The notes under the pieces: generated by a model
What the model saw: the letters and a program-made list of their open reading frames with translations, nothing else
Database searches by the model: none
Told to the model about the DNA's origin: nothing
In this document: piece by piece, positions 36,071 to 48,366 of the stretch
Layout: each line of letters opens with the position of its first letter
Position numbering within the stretch: the first letter of the stretch is position 1
Source: an uncultured Actinomycetes bacterium
GTDB lineage: Bacteria; Actinomycetota; Thermoleophilia; Solirubrobacterales; 70-9
Length of the DNA stretch: 64,000 nucleotides
Assembly: GCA_963721735.1 (NCBI GenBank)
Contig: CAVRKX010000003.1
Location: 18,027-82,026, forward strand
Direction: 5' to 3'
Program-made: the position numbers and the translations under genes

Positions 36071-37277
36071 ATGGATATCGGGTTCGGCGAGGCGATCCTG
36101 CTGTTCGGCTCGCTGCTGGCGGTAGCCGCGGCGCTGTCCGGGCTGATGCGAGGCACGGTGCTGTCGATTTCGGTGCTCTCGGTGGCGACTCGGGATCGGC
36201 TTGGCGGCGACCGACGTCGTCTCGGTTGACGCCGGCGACCGGACGATCGTCAGCCTGATCGAGCTGGCCCTGATCCTGACCCTGTTCTCTGACGGGCTGT
36301 TCGTGGAGCGGGAGCTGCTGCGGGTCCACTGGGGGCCCGTGACGCGGGCGATCGTGCTGGCGATGCCGATCACGCTCGGCCTGCTGGCCCTGATGGCCTC
36401 GGGGATCTTTCCCCGAGCTGACCTGGGCCGAGGCGTTCCTGCTCGCGGCGGTGCTCACCCCGACCGACCCGGTCGTCACCTCCACCGTGGTCACCGCTCA
36501 GCGCGTGCCCCTCGACCGTTCGCCACACGCTGAATCTGGAGTCGGGGCTGAACGACGGCCTCGCGCTGCCCTTCGTGCTCTTCTTCCTCATCTTCGCCGA
36601 GCCGGGCGGCGACGCGGGCAGCGAGGCCGCCAAGGCTCCTCGGCGAGGCCGGCTTCGGCGCCTCGGTGGGCATCGCGCTAGGCGTCATCGGCGGTCGCTT
36701 CACCACCACCTGCCCGGGGGCGGGATCACCGCTCGCTACGAGGGGATCTACGCGATCGGCTTCGGCCTCGTTGCCTTCGGGCTGGCAGACGTGACGATCG
36801 GCAACGGCCTGATCGCCGCCTTCGTCGCCGGGATCGCGATGGGCGTTGCCGAGCACGAGATCCCGGACGCGTTCGTCGAGTTCGCCGAGAACATCAGCGC
36901 GATCTCGCAGGTGCTGACCTTCTTCGTCTTCGGGGCGCTGATCGTGGCCACCGGCTACGACGGGGAGGTCTGGCGGCTCGCCTTGTTCATTGCTGCCTGG
37001 CGCTGCTCGTCGTCCGGCCGCTCGCCATCATGATCTCCTTCGTCCGCAGCCGGCTGCCCGGGCCCCAGAAGGCATTCATCGCCTGGTTCGGGCCCAAGGG
37101 GGTGGCCTCGATGCTGTTCGCGCTGTTCGTCCTCAATCGGACGTGCGCGTTGCGTCGACGATCTTCGACATCGCCGCCTTCGTGATCCTGTCCTCGATCG
37201 TCGCCCACGGCCTGACCGATACGGTCGGCGCGGCGCTGGGTCGAGCGCCGCATGGGCGGCGCAGGGCAGGGCGCTAG
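36071..37277 (+). pseudogene. CPA1-type Na+/H+ antiporter with about 7 frame breaks
   Basis: Family blocks are present but scattered over all three frames: MDIGFGEAILLFGSLLAVAAALSG, LGIGLAATDVVS, LTPTDPVVTSTVV, LNLESGLNDGLALPF, FIAWFGPKGVASMLFALFVL, IFDIAAFVILSSIVAHGLT. Junctions lie near 36185, 36410, 36515, 36632, 36700, 36995 and 37140. Confidence 0.7.
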
Positions 37278-37449
37278 CCCGAGCTCGGAGGCGAGCTTTT
37301 CGACCACGGCCCGCGCCGTCTCCTCGTCGACGCCCGTGTGGGTGACGTAAAGGCCGACGGCCTCCTCGAGGTGCCCGAGCATCACCGCCTGCTCGACCTC
37401 CGGGGGCGGCGTCGGGGCGTCGGGGGTCTGGTCGCTCGCCTCCATCGGC

Positions 37450-38361
37450 TCAGGCGGGGACCGCATCGGCGAGGCGTCCCTCGACCCACTCGGTCGAGGC
37501 GATGTGCTTGCCCATCCCGAGCTGCTTCGGCTCGTACCCCAGCCCCAGCCCGACGAGCTGGGGCAGGTGCAGGACCGCCAGCCCGAGCTCGCGCCCCGTG
37601 ACCTTGGCCGCCTCCGGCTGCTGCATGTCCAGGTTCAGGTGGCAGAGCGGGCAGGGGGTGACCAAGCAGTCGGCGCCGGCGTCCAGCGCGTCTCCCACGT
37701 GGGTGCCCGCCTGGCGCAGGGAGGTGTCGCGGTTCATCGTGATCACGGGGAAGCCGCAGCACTTCCGCGCCCCGTCGTACTCGACCACCTCGCCGCCGAG
37801 CGCCTCGATCACCCGCTCCAGATAGAGGTCGCGGTCCGGGTGCTCGTCGTAGCCGATCCGGCTCCTGGGGCGGATCACGTAGCAGCCGTAAAACGGCCCC
37901 ACCCGCAGGCCAGAGAGCGGCCGAGTCACCTTCGCCCTCAGCTCGTCGAGCCCGTAGTCCTCGACCAGCACCCAGAGGAAGTTCTTGTTCTCGAACCCTT
38001 CCTTGTCCTTCGCGTACTCGAGCCCCTCGTCGGCGAGCGCCTCGTTGATGTGGGCGCGGTAGGCGGAGTCGGCGTCGAGGCGCTGCTGGCACTCCGACTG
38101 AGCGCCCTGGCAGGTGGAGCAGATGTTCATCATCGACAGCCCGGTGCCCTGGGCCAGGGCGAAGGTGCGCGCGTTGAGGGTGTCGGCGAGCTCCTGGTTG
38201 TGCTCGGCGATCACCCCCGCGCCGCAGCAGTTGGCGCGGTCGAGGGTCACCAGCTCGATCCCGAGCCGCTCGGCGACCAGCGCCATCGAGCCGTGCAGCT
38301 CGGGGGTGAAGCCGCGGGACACGCAGCCGGGCCAGTAGGCGAGCCGGAGCGGATCCGTCAT
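37450..38361 (-). CDS. HdrB-like CCG-domain protein, probable non-classical succinate dehydrogenase subunit (SdhE type)
   Basis: 303 aa with two Cys-rich CCG motifs (NCCGAGV and KCCGFPV). It is translationally coupled (ATGA) to sdhB. Confidence 0.75.
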   Translation of the reverse strand: MTDPLRLAYWPGCVSRGFTPELHGSMALVAERLGIELVTLDRANCCGAGVIAEHNQELADTLNARTFALAQGTGLSMMNICSTCQGAQSECQQRLDADSAYRAHINEALADEGLEYAKDKEGFENKNFLWVLVEDYGLDELRAKVTRPLSGLRVGPFYGCYVIRPRSRIGYDEHPDRDLYLERVIEALGGEVVEYDGARKCCGFPVITMNRDTSLRQAGTHVGDALDAGADCLVTPCPLCHLNLDMQQPEAAKVTGRELGLAVLHLPQLVGLGLGYEPKQLGMGKHIASTEWVEGRLADAVPA

Positions 38362-39524
38362 CGCTCACCCACCTCGTCCGGCTCGGGCTCGATCGCCGCC
38401 GCGGGGGTCGGCGCCTCGTCGCCGGGCTCCATCTCCTCCTCGCCGGTGATGTAGAGGTTGAGCTCGGTGCGGTGCTCCTCGGCGTGCGAGTAGAGCCGCT
38501 TCACGTGGTCCTGGGCGCCGTCGGGGAGCTTGTGGTGGACGCCTGGGATCAGCTTCGGCAGCGAGCGCATCTTGCCGGTCCTCAGCCCCCGGATCGCGGT
38601 GGGGATCGAGCCGAAGAGGCCCTTCAGCGCGCGCGCGCGGGGTATCAGCTTGCCCTTGACCCCCTGCGCGTAGGACTCCTGGAGCAGCAGCGACTCGTCC
38701 AGCGTTCCCTTCTTCTCGATGATCTTCGCGAAGGCCGTCTCGTGGCGGCGGCCGTTGTTGACGTCGTCGATCTCGTGGTCGTGTCCGGCGATCCGGCGCA
38801 GCCGCATGATCTGGTCCATCGGCGCAACGTCCTTCGGGCACGCATCCACGCACGAGAAGCAGTGCGTGCAGTCGTAGATACCGTGCGGGTCCTGCGCAAG
38901 GTCGTATAGCCGCTCCTTGGTTTGTGAATCGCGCGGGTCGCCGACGAACCGATAGGCCTTGGCCAGTGCCGCCGGGCCGATGAAGCCCGGGTCGGCCTCC
39001 AGCGACAGGCAGGACGAGACGCAGGCGCCGCACTGGATGCAGCCCACCACCTGGGTGACGTCGATCATCGACTCGGGCGGCACCACGTACTCGCGCTCGG
39101 GCGGCTCGCCCTCGGGCAGAAGCCAGGGCGTGACCCGGCGGATCTTCGCCCAGTGCGTGGACTCCATGTCCGTGACCAGGTCCTTGATCACCGGCATGTT
39201 CGCCATCGGCTCCACCACTATCGGGCGCGTCCCCTCCTCGCCTCCGTCAGGCCCGGCCCGCCGGTTGGCGCGCTCGTGGGCCTCGCTGATCTGGGTCTTG
39301 CAGCCGAGCGTCGACTCCCCATTGATCTTCATCCCGCACGAGCCGCAGATCGCCGCCCGGCAGGAGCAGCGGACGACGAGCGTCCCGTCGGTGCGGTCGC
39401 GGACCTGGAGCAACCCGTCGAGCACCGAGAGGTCGGGATCGAGGTCGACCTTGAACTGCTCCCAATAGGGCCCGCCGCCCGTCTCGGGCTGGTACCTCCG
39501 AACCTTCAGCGTGTAGTCAGGCAT
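38358..39524 (-). CDS. sdhB: succinate dehydrogenase/fumarate reductase iron-sulfur subunit with a C-terminal extension of about 130 aa
   Basis: 388 aa. It carries a 2Fe-2S block ([23 protein letters not shown]), a 4Fe-4S block ([11 protein letters not shown]) and a 3Fe-4S block ([12 protein letters not shown]). The extra tail begins after RLRRIAG. Confidence 0.9.
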   Translation of the reverse strand: MPDYTLKVRRYQPETGGGPYWEQFKVDLDPDLSVLDGLLQVRDRTDGTLVVRCSCRAAICGSCGMKINGESTLGCKTQISEAHERANRRAGPDGGEEGTRPIVVEPMANMPVIKDLVTDMESTHWAKIRRVTPWLLPEGEPPEREYVVPPESMIDVTQVVGCIQCGACVSSCLSLEADPGFIGPAALAKAYRFVGDPRDSQTKERLYDLAQDPHGIYDCTHCFSCVDACPKDVAPMDQIMRLRRIAGHDHEIDDVNNGRRHETAFAKIIEKKGTLDESLLLQESYAQGVKGKLIPRARALKGLFGSIPTAIRGLRTGKMRSLPKLIPGVHHKLPDGAQDHVKRLYSHAEEHRTELNLYITGEEEMEPGDEAPTPAAAIEPEPDEVGER

Positions 39525-41214
39525 CAGTAAGTCCTCTCAGCCGGCTGCCACTGGGTGATCGTGACGGGCGAGTAGCTGATCTCCGGCGCCTCCGTGTCGC
39601 GGGTCATGTCGATGTGCTTCAGCCACTCCTCGTCGTTGCGCTCGGGAAAGTCGGTTCGGTACTGCGCACCGCGGCTCTCGGTACTGTGCAGCGCCGCGAT
39701 GCAGGTGCACTCCGCGCAGTCCAGCATGAAGCCGAGCTCGAACGCCGCGAGCACGTCCTGGTTGAAGACGGCGCCACGGTCGTCGATGTAGGCGCGTCCT
39801 GGCCTCCTCCTGGAGGCGCTTCACCGTCTCGAGCGCCGTCTGGATGCCCTCCCCGCGTGCGAAACACGGCGACGTGGCGGTCCATCGTCTCGCCGAGCTC
39901 AGCGCGGAGCTCCGAAACGCGGCGGCCGTTGCCCGGCTCGCGACCCATCAGCGCCGAGATCTGGCGCTCCGCGTCCGCGAGCGCGGCCCGCGACGGCCGG
40001 CCGAGCTCGACTTGCTTCGCGCGGGCGGCGGCGTGCTTTCCCGATCGGCGGCCGAAGATCAGCGTGTCGAGCAGGGAGTTCGCGCCCAGCCGGTTGCCGC
40101 CGTGTACCGAGACGCAGGCGACCTCGCCGGCGGCGTACAGGCCGGGGATCGAGGTCGCCCCGTCGGTGTCCGTCTTGACGCCACCCATCACGTAGTGGTT
40201 GCCGGGCTTGATGTGGATCGGCTCCTGGGTGATGTCCACCCCGGCGAAGTCTCGCCCCACCAGCACGATCTCGCGCAGCGCCTCGTGGATGCGCTTGCGC
40301 GGGACGACGGTGATGTCGAGCGCCACCGTGCCGTCGGGGAAGCCGCGGCCCTCGTTGATCTCCGACTGCTCGGCTCGCGAGACGACGTCCCGCGATGCCA
40401 GCTCCATCTTGTTCGGGGCGTACCTCTCCATGAACCGCTCGCCCTGTGCGTTCAGCAGCTGGGCGCCCTCGCCGCGGGCGCCCTCCGTGATCAAGAACCC
40501 CTTCTTGGCCAGCGTCGTCGGGTGGTACTGGATCATCTCCATGTCCATCAGCGGGGCCCCGGCGCGGTAGGCCATCGCGATCCCGTCGCCGGTGCAGATC
40601 AGGGCGTTCGTGGTCGGCTGCCAGACCTGCCCGTTGCCGCCGGTGGCCAGGATCACGTTCTCCGCCTCGAACAGCTCCATCGACCCGTCGGCGACGTTGC
40701 GCAGCACCGCGCCCACGCAGTTGCCGTCGTCGTCGAGCACCAGGTCGGTGGTGAAGTACTCCTCGTAGCGGGAGATCAGCTCGGAGTGCTTCATCAGCTG
40801 CTCGTAGAGCACGTGCATGATCGCCTGGCCCGTGATGTCGGCCACGTAGTAGGTGCGCGCCTGCGAGGCTCCGCCGAAGGCGCGGGTTCCCAGCCTGCCC
40901 TCCTCGTTGCGGTGGAAGGTCACGCCCAGATGCTCGAGGTGGAGGATCTCCTCCGGCGCCTCCCGGCACATGATCTCGATCGCGTCCTGGTCGCCCAGGT
41001 AATCCGATCCCTTGACCGTGTCGAAGGCGTGCGACTCCCAGCTGTCCCCCTCCTGGAGCGCGGCGTTGATGCCGCCCTGGGCGGCGTTCGAGTGCGAGCG
41101 CACGGGGTGGACCTTGGAGACGATCCCGACCGAGACGCCCTCCTCGGCCGCCGCGAGCGCCGCCCGCTGCCCGGCGAGGCCCGCTCCGATTACGAGTACG
41201 TCGTGCTTGGGCAC
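39524..41214 (-). CDS. sdhA: succinate dehydrogenase/fumarate reductase flavoprotein subunit; two frame breaks near the 3' end
   Basis: [23 protein letters not shown]...[13 protein letters not shown] (FAD attachment His region). The C-terminal 76 aa ([32 protein letters not shown]...) lie in ORF 39524-39754. About 18 codons between 39795 and 39850 are in a third frame. Confidence 0.9.
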
Positions 41215-41294
41215 CGGAGATTGATCCTATATGTCGCCGATGGGCGATTTGCGCTGGATGGGCGAGCGCAACTCGACCAGCGGCGGTTTCGGGC

Positions 41295-42500
41295 CTACGT
41301 CGCCGCCGAGCCGGGGGGCGTGCCCCCGCCGGCGCCGCCCAGCGCGTTGCGAAGCGCCCGGCCCACCTGGTCGGCCGTGATCACGCCCCGCAGGCGGCCG
41401 TCGGCGTCCACCGCCATCAGCGCGCCGAGCCGGCGCAGGGCGTCGTTGCCGAGCAGCGACTCGAGGGGCTCGTCGTCGCGCACCCGCAGCGTGCCGGTGG
41501 AATCCGCCTCGAAGACGTCGCGTACCACCGAGGAGGAGCGGCTCACCTCCGGGACCGCGTCGGCCGCGCCGCGCTCGATCAGGCCGCGAAAGCGCTGCGC
41601 CGCGTCCACGACTGGGAACCAGGGCCAGCGATATCGCAGGAAGTACTCGTCGAGGGCGCGCTCGACGCTGGCGTCCTCCGGGATCGCGACCGGCTCCGCG
41701 TCCATCACGTCCGCGACCCTGATGCCCTCGATCCTGCTCGCGAACTCGGTCTGCACGACGGCGCCCCGGGCCGACTGCCCGAGGATGAAGCCGATCAGCC
41801 CCAGCCAGATCCCGCCGACCACGTCGCCCTGCAAGAACAGCAGGATGCCGACGCCGATGAACAGGTAGGAGAAGGCCTGCCCGAGGCGCCCGGCGGCGCG
41901 CGTGGCCCGATTGCGGTCCCCGCTCACCCGCCAGGCAATCGCCCGTGCGATCCGCCCGCCGTCCAGCGGGAAGGCGGGGATCAGGTTGAAGACGAGGACC
42001 AGCAGGTTGATGCTGGCCAGCCAGGCGACCACGGCCAGGATCCCGGAAGTATCGGCTCCCTGGTCGAATCGCATCGCCCGCCAGAACTCGTCCGAGCCGG
42101 CGGCGGCGATCCCGATTCCGAAGCAGGCGAGCGCGATCGCCAGGGTGACGAGCGGGCCGCCGATCGCCACCTTGAACTCGGTGCCCGGCGAGTCGGAGTC
42201 ACGCGTCATCCGCGCGACGCCGCCGAACATCCACAGGGTGATGTCGGAGATGCCGATCCCTCGGCGCATGGCGACGAAGGCATGGCCAAGCTCGTGCAGC
42301 AGGATCGAGGCGAAGAAGGCGAGCGCGCTGACCAGGGCGAGCAGGTACGGCTCGAGGTCGCTGCTCGAGACGTCGAGCATGCTGCGGTAGTCCGCGGACA
42401 GCCAGAGGATGATCAGGAACAGAACGAGGAACCACGAGTAGTCCACCCCGATCCGGATTCCCCTGACCATGAAGAGGGTCAGCGCGCCGCGCCCAGGCAT
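41295..42500 (-). CDS. site-2 protease family (M50) membrane metalloprotease with CBS domains
   Basis: 401 aa with an HELGHAFVAMRRG (HExxH) motif in a TM region, a downstream NLIPAFPLDGGR motif, and a C-terminal CBS pair. Confidence 0.85.
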   Translation of the reverse strand: MPGRGALTLFMVRGIRIGVDYSWFLVLFLIILWLSADYRSMLDVSSSDLEPYLLALVSALAFFASILLHELGHAFVAMRRGIGISDITLWMFGGVARMTRDSDSPGTEFKVAIGGPLVTLAIALACFGIGIAAAGSDEFWRAMRFDQGADTSGILAVVAWLASINLLVLVFNLIPAFPLDGGRIARAIAWRVSGDRNRATRAAGRLGQAFSYLFIGVGILLFLQGDVVGGIWLGLIGFILGQSARGAVVQTEFASRIEGIRVADVMDAEPVAIPEDASVERALDEYFLRYRWPWFPVVDAAQRFRGLIERGAADAVPEVSRSSSVVRDVFEADSTGTLRVRDDEPLESLLGNDALRRLGALMAVDADGRLRGVITADQVGRALRNALGGAGGGTPPGSAAT

Positions 42501-42536
42501 GGGCCCATCTTATGTATGAGGCGGTAGGTTCCGCCG

Positions 42537-43757
42537 ATGGCCACCGGCGCAACGCGAGCCTCGGCCCACGCCCCGGCTCACCTCGACGGGGATTGGCTGC
42601 GCCATCTGGTTGAGACGCTGGCGGACATCCACCGTCCCACCGCGTCCCAAGGCGAGCGGGTGGCGGCGGAGTGGGTGGCCGGGCGCCTGCGCGAGCTGGG
42701 CGCGGCCAACGCGCGGGTCGAGCCCGAACAGGTGCACGGCACCTTCTGGTGGCCACTCGGCCTGGCCGCCGGCGCGGGCGTCGCCGCGGGGATCGCCGCC
42801 CTCCGCGGCCGGCGCGCGCTTGCCGCGACGGCGGCCGCCGTGGTCGGCGCGGCCGCCGCCGACGATCTCCCCCCGGGAGGCCGGCGGCTGCGCTCCCTCT
42901 TGCCGCAGCGAACTGCGACCACGGTCGTCGCCGAATGCGGGCCGCCCGATGCCGATCGCACCGTCGTCCTCGTGGCCCATCACGACGCGGCGCACGCCGG
43001 CCTGCTCTACCACCCGGCGATCCCCCAGGCGGTGTTCGGCCGCTTTCCGTGGCTGATCGAGCGAGTCGACACCAGCCCACCCTTGATGGCCCCCGTCGTG
43101 GCCGTCCCCCTGCTGGTGGGCGCCGGGGCGCTGACCGGCAGCCGCGGCCTCATCAAGGCGGGGACGGGCCTCGCGGCGCTCTCGGTGGCGGCGCTCACCG
43201 ACATCGCTCTGCGGGACGCGGTCCCCGGGGCGAACGACAACGCGACCGGCGTGGCGGCGCTGCTGGCGATGGCGCGCTCGCTCGCGGAACGACCCACCGA
43301 GAGCGTGCGGGTGATGCTGGTCTCCACGTCGGAGGAGGCGCTTTGCGAGGGAATGCATGCCTTCTCGAAGCGCCACTTCGGTGAGCTGCCCCTCGAGAGC
43401 ACGTTCTTCTTGAACCTCGACACGCTGGGCTCGCCGCACCTGCTCGTGCTTCGCGGCGAGGGGATGATCAGGATGCGCGAGTACCCCGCGCGCTCGCTGG
43501 CCCTGCTCGACGGGCTCGCCGACGAGCTGGGTATCCCGCTCTTTCCCAACCTGCGCCTTCGCAATGCCACCGACGGCGTCATCCCGCTCGCCGCCGGATA
43601 CGAGTGCGCCGCGCTTTGCTCCTGCACCCGCCTCAAGCAGCCGGCCAACTACCACTGGCCCACTGACACGCCGGAGAACGTCGACTACGGCACGCTCTCC
43701 GACGCCGTCCGCCTCACGGAGGCGGTCGTCCGCCGCTTGGACGAGCGCTGGCTCTAA
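42537..43757 (+). CDS. M28 family metallopeptidase, membrane-associated
   Basis: 406 aa. VVLVAHHDAAHAG, GANDNATGVAALLAMARSLAE and VMLVSTSEEALCEGMHAF fit the M28 zinc-ligand pattern. There are several TM helices. Confidence 0.7.
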   Translation: MATGATRASAHAPAHLDGDWLRHLVETLADIHRPTASQGERVAAEWVAGRLRELGAANARVEPEQVHGTFWWPLGLAAGAGVAAGIAALRGRRALAATAAAVVGAAAADDLPPGGRRLRSLLPQRTATTVVAECGPPDADRTVVLVAHHDAAHAGLLYHPAIPQAVFGRFPWLIERVDTSPPLMAPVVAVPLLVGAGALTGSRGLIKAGTGLAALSVAALTDIALRDAVPGANDNATGVAALLAMARSLAERPTESVRVMLVSTSEEALCEGMHAFSKRHFGELPLESTFFLNLDTLGSPHLLVLRGEGMIRMREYPARSLALLDGLADELGIPLFPNLRLRNATDGVIPLAAGYECAALCSCTRLKQPANYHWPTDTPENVDYGTLSDAVRLTEAVVRRLDERWL

Positions 43758-43782
43758 GGCCGCTGCCGCAACGAGCCGACGT

Positions 43783-45456
43783 TCAGATGCTGGGGCTGTG
43801 GCGCTCGATGATGCGGCCGAAGTCGGCGCCCGGCGGCAGGGTGCCGAACGCGAGGCCCGCGTCGCCCGCGAGGCGCGAGGCGCAGAACGCGTCGGCGACC
43901 GCCGGGTCGCCGTAACGGACCAGCAGCGAGGCCTGGAGCGCCAGGGCCATCCGCTCGACGACGCTGCGGGCGCGAACCTCGATCGCCTCGAGGTCCGCGA
44001 GCTCGTTACGCAGCGCGGAGGCTGCGGTGGCGACCCGAGGCTCCGCGCCACCGGCTTCCTCGATCTCCGAGAGGAACGCCTCCACCGACTCGGGGCTGCG
44101 CGCCATCCCGCGCAACACGTCGAGGCATTGCACGTTCCCCGACCCCTCCCAGATCGAGGCCAGCGGGGTCTCCCGATAGAGCCGCGGCATGCCCGACTCC
44201 TCGACGTATCCGTTGCCGCCCAGGCATTCCAGCGCCTCGACCGCGTGGACCGGGGCGCGCTTGCAGGTCCAGTACTTGAGCACCGGCGTTGCGAGACGCC
44301 GAAACTCGACCGCAGCCTGGTCGCCGGCGTGCGCCTGATCGAACGCGCGCGCGATCCGCATCGCGGCGACGGTCGCCGCCTCCGACTCGATCGCCAGATC
44401 GGCGAGCACGTTTCGCATCAGCGGCTGCTCGGCGAGCCGCTTGCCGAACGCCTCCCGATGGGTGCAGTGGTGGATTGCAGCCGCGGTGCCCCAGCGCGCG
44501 CCGGCGGCCACGCCCAGGACGCAGTCGAGGCGGGTGTGGTTGACCATCTCGATGATCGTCGGGACGCCCCGCCCCTCCTCGCCGACGAGCTGTGCCCAGG
44601 CGCCCCGGAACTCGACCTCGGAGGACGCGTTGGAGCGGTTGCCGAGCTTGTCCTTCAGTCGCTGGAGGTGGATGCGGTTGCGCTCCCCGTCGGGCGTGAA
44701 GCGCGGGAGCAGGAAGCACGACAGGCCGCCGTCGGCTTGGGCGAGGACGAGGAAGGCGTCGCACATCGGCGCCGAGAAGAACCACTTGTGTCCGGTGATC
44801 TCGTACTCGCCGCCCGGCCCGCCGCCGTTCAGGGGCCGGGCGGTGGTGGTGTTGGCGCGAACGTCGGAGCCGCCCTGCTTCTCGGTCATGCCCATCCCGC
44901 AAAGCGCCCCCTGCTTGTCCGGAGCGGGAACGAGCCGCTCGCCGTCGTAGGACAGCGACAGAAAGCGCGGCTCCCACTCGGCCGCCAGCTCGGGCTGCGT
45001 TCGCAGCGCCGGGATCACCGAGTAGGTCATCGAGATCGGGCAGCCCACCCCCGCCTCGACCTGGGCGAGGAGCATGAACTGCGCGCCGCGCGCGACGTGG
45101 GCCCCCGGCTGGGGTGAGCGCCAGGGCGACGCGTGCAGGCCGTGGCCGATCCCGATCCGCAGCAGCTCGTGCCACGCGGGGTGGAACTCGACCTCGTCCA
45201 CCCGGTTGCCGAAGCGGTCGTGGGTGCGAAGCTTCGGCGGGTTCTGGTTCGCCTCGACCCCCCAGCGGATCGTCTGCGGCAGGCCGCACAGGGCGCCCAG
45301 CTCGCGCGCCTCGTCCTCCGCCCAATCGGCTCCCTCGCGGCGCAGCGCCTCGACCAGGGCCGCGTCGTCCGCGAACAGGTTGTAGCCCTCCAGCGGCGGA
45401 GGCTGGTTGAAGACCCCGTGGGTCGCGTGAGCCTCGGCGCGTTCGACTGTGGCCAC
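43783..45456 (-). CDS. acyl-CoA dehydrogenase family protein (AidB-like)
   Basis: A GTG at 45456 gives VATVERAEAHATHGVFNQPPPLEGYNLFADDAALVEALRREGADWAE (AidB-type N-terminus). The central part has acyl-CoA dehydrogenase blocks (CGMGMTEKQGGSD, YRETPLASIWEGSGNV). Confidence 0.85.
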   Translation of the reverse strand: MATVERAEAHATHGVFNQPPPLEGYNLFADDAALVEALRREGADWAEDEARELGALCGLPQTIRWGVEANQNPPKLRTHDRFGNRVDEVEFHPAWHELLRIGIGHGLHASPWRSPQPGAHVARGAQFMLLAQVEAGVGCPISMTYSVIPALRTQPELAAEWEPRFLSLSYDGERLVPAPDKQGALCGMGMTEKQGGSDVRANTTTARPLNGGGPGGEYEITGHKWFFSAPMCDAFLVLAQADGGLSCFLLPRFTPDGERNRIHLQRLKDKLGNRSNASSEVEFRGAWAQLVGEEGRGVPTIIEMVNHTRLDCVLGVAAGARWGTAAAIHHCTHREAFGKRLAEQPLMRNVLADLAIESEAATVAAMRIARAFDQAHAGDQAAVEFRRLATPVLKYWTCKRAPVHAVEALECLGGNGYVEESGMPRLYRETPLASIWEGSGNVQCLDVLRGMARSPESVEAFLSEIEEAGGAEPRVATAASALRNELADLEAIEVRARSVVERMALALQASLLVRYGDPAVADAFCASRLAGDAGLAFGTLPPGADFGRIIERHSPSI

Positions 45457-45574
45457 ATGCGCATTCTCGCACCAGCCCCCACCGTTTTCAGCAGAGCGCT
45501 TGCGGAAGGGGCTTCGCCGCCCGCAGGATCCGCCAGAACCGCATCCCCGCCGCCCCGATAGCATCGCGCCGCCT

Positions 45575-47646
<2,072 letters not shown>

Positions 47647-47676
47647 ATAAGCGCGCTCCCGGCTAGCCACGAGCAC

Positions 47677-47811
47677 GGCCTGGGCTAGCGACGAAGTCGC
47701 GGAAGAGGCGGAGGTGCCTGCCGGGTCAGGTAGGCGCCCAAGCCGCCGCATCCGGCTTGCCGGATGAACGTCCTTCCTAGGCCGAAGGCCGAGGCTTCCG
47801 GCGGAGTTATT
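47677..47811 (+). repeat. intergenic repeat family B, copy 1
   Basis: It shares GGCCTGGGCTAGCGACGAAGTCGCGG...GCCTGCCGGGTCAGG...GGCGGAGT(A/G)TT with 53829-53944 and 54655-54800. It contains hairpins GCGAC-GAA-GTCGC and CATCCGG-CTTG-CCGGATG. Confidence 0.8.
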
Positions 47812-48176
47812 CAGGCCGCCGTGTAGGAGCGGCCGGACTTCTTCACCCGACCCTCCTTCTGCAGGTCGCCGAGCACGCGGTAGAGGTAGTTCGGCTTGAT
47901 TCGCATCCTCTTCGCCACCTCACTGGCGGAGATCCCGGGATTCGCCTTGATCAGCCTCACCGCCTGGTCGGCGCGGGTTCCACTCCGGCGCCTCCGCGTT
48001 GGGGCGGCCTTGCGCGAGGTTGCGCCCGATCCTCGCGGCCGGCCGGGACCACGACGTCCTTGGCGGCCGTCCGTGAGGCTGGACAGGGCGCGCTGGAGCT
48101 TCGAGAGCTCCCCCTCGAGCTCGCGAATCCGGGCCCTCAGCAGCTCTCTGGCTTGATCGACTGCACCGGTAACCAT
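47811..48176 (-). CDS. small DNA-binding protein (coiled-coil plus C-terminal winged-helix/HTH)
   Basis: Start MVTGAVDQARELL at 48176. The C-terminus RADQAVRLIKANPGISASEVAKRMRIKPNYLYRVLGDLQKEGRV is HTH-like. The upstream part of the 179-aa track ORF is translated repeat DNA. Confidence 0.6.
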   Translation of the reverse strand: MVTGAVDQARELLRARIRELEGELSKLQRALSSLTDGRQGRRGPGRPRGSGATSRKAAPTRRRRSGTRADQAVRLIKANPGISASEVAKRMRIKPNYLYRVLGDLQKEGRVKKSGRSYTAA

Positions 48177-48262
48177 CTTGATTGGTATTTCCTTCCTCTT
48201 TTGTGACGGTGTGCGGCGCGCACTGTAACAGTGTGCATCACACTCTGACCTCCGCGGCGGGC

Positions 48263-48353
48263 GTGTTGATCCTGCGAGGGGTGTTGATCCCGGCCCGGGG
48301 CGCGGTGATCCCCGCGGGGGCCGCGTCAACCCCACGGGGGGGCGTGTCAACCG
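48263..48353. promoter_or_regulatory. five iteron-like direct repeats spaced about 20 bp apart, upstream of the HTH gene
   Basis: GTGTTGATCC (48263), GTGTTGATCC (48281), GCGGTGATCC (48303), GCGTCAACCC (48323) and GTGTCAACCG (48344), each followed by a G-rich tract. Confidence 0.4.
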
Positions 48354-48366
48354 ACAGCCGCCGCTG

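Noticed and set aside
36987-37466. 159-aa minus-strand ORF downstream of the HdrB-like gene
   Set aside because: Only its first 55 codons or so lie outside the antiporter 3' end. The rest is antisense to the antiporter. A short real protein is possible (noted under the SDH finding) but cannot be supported as annotated.
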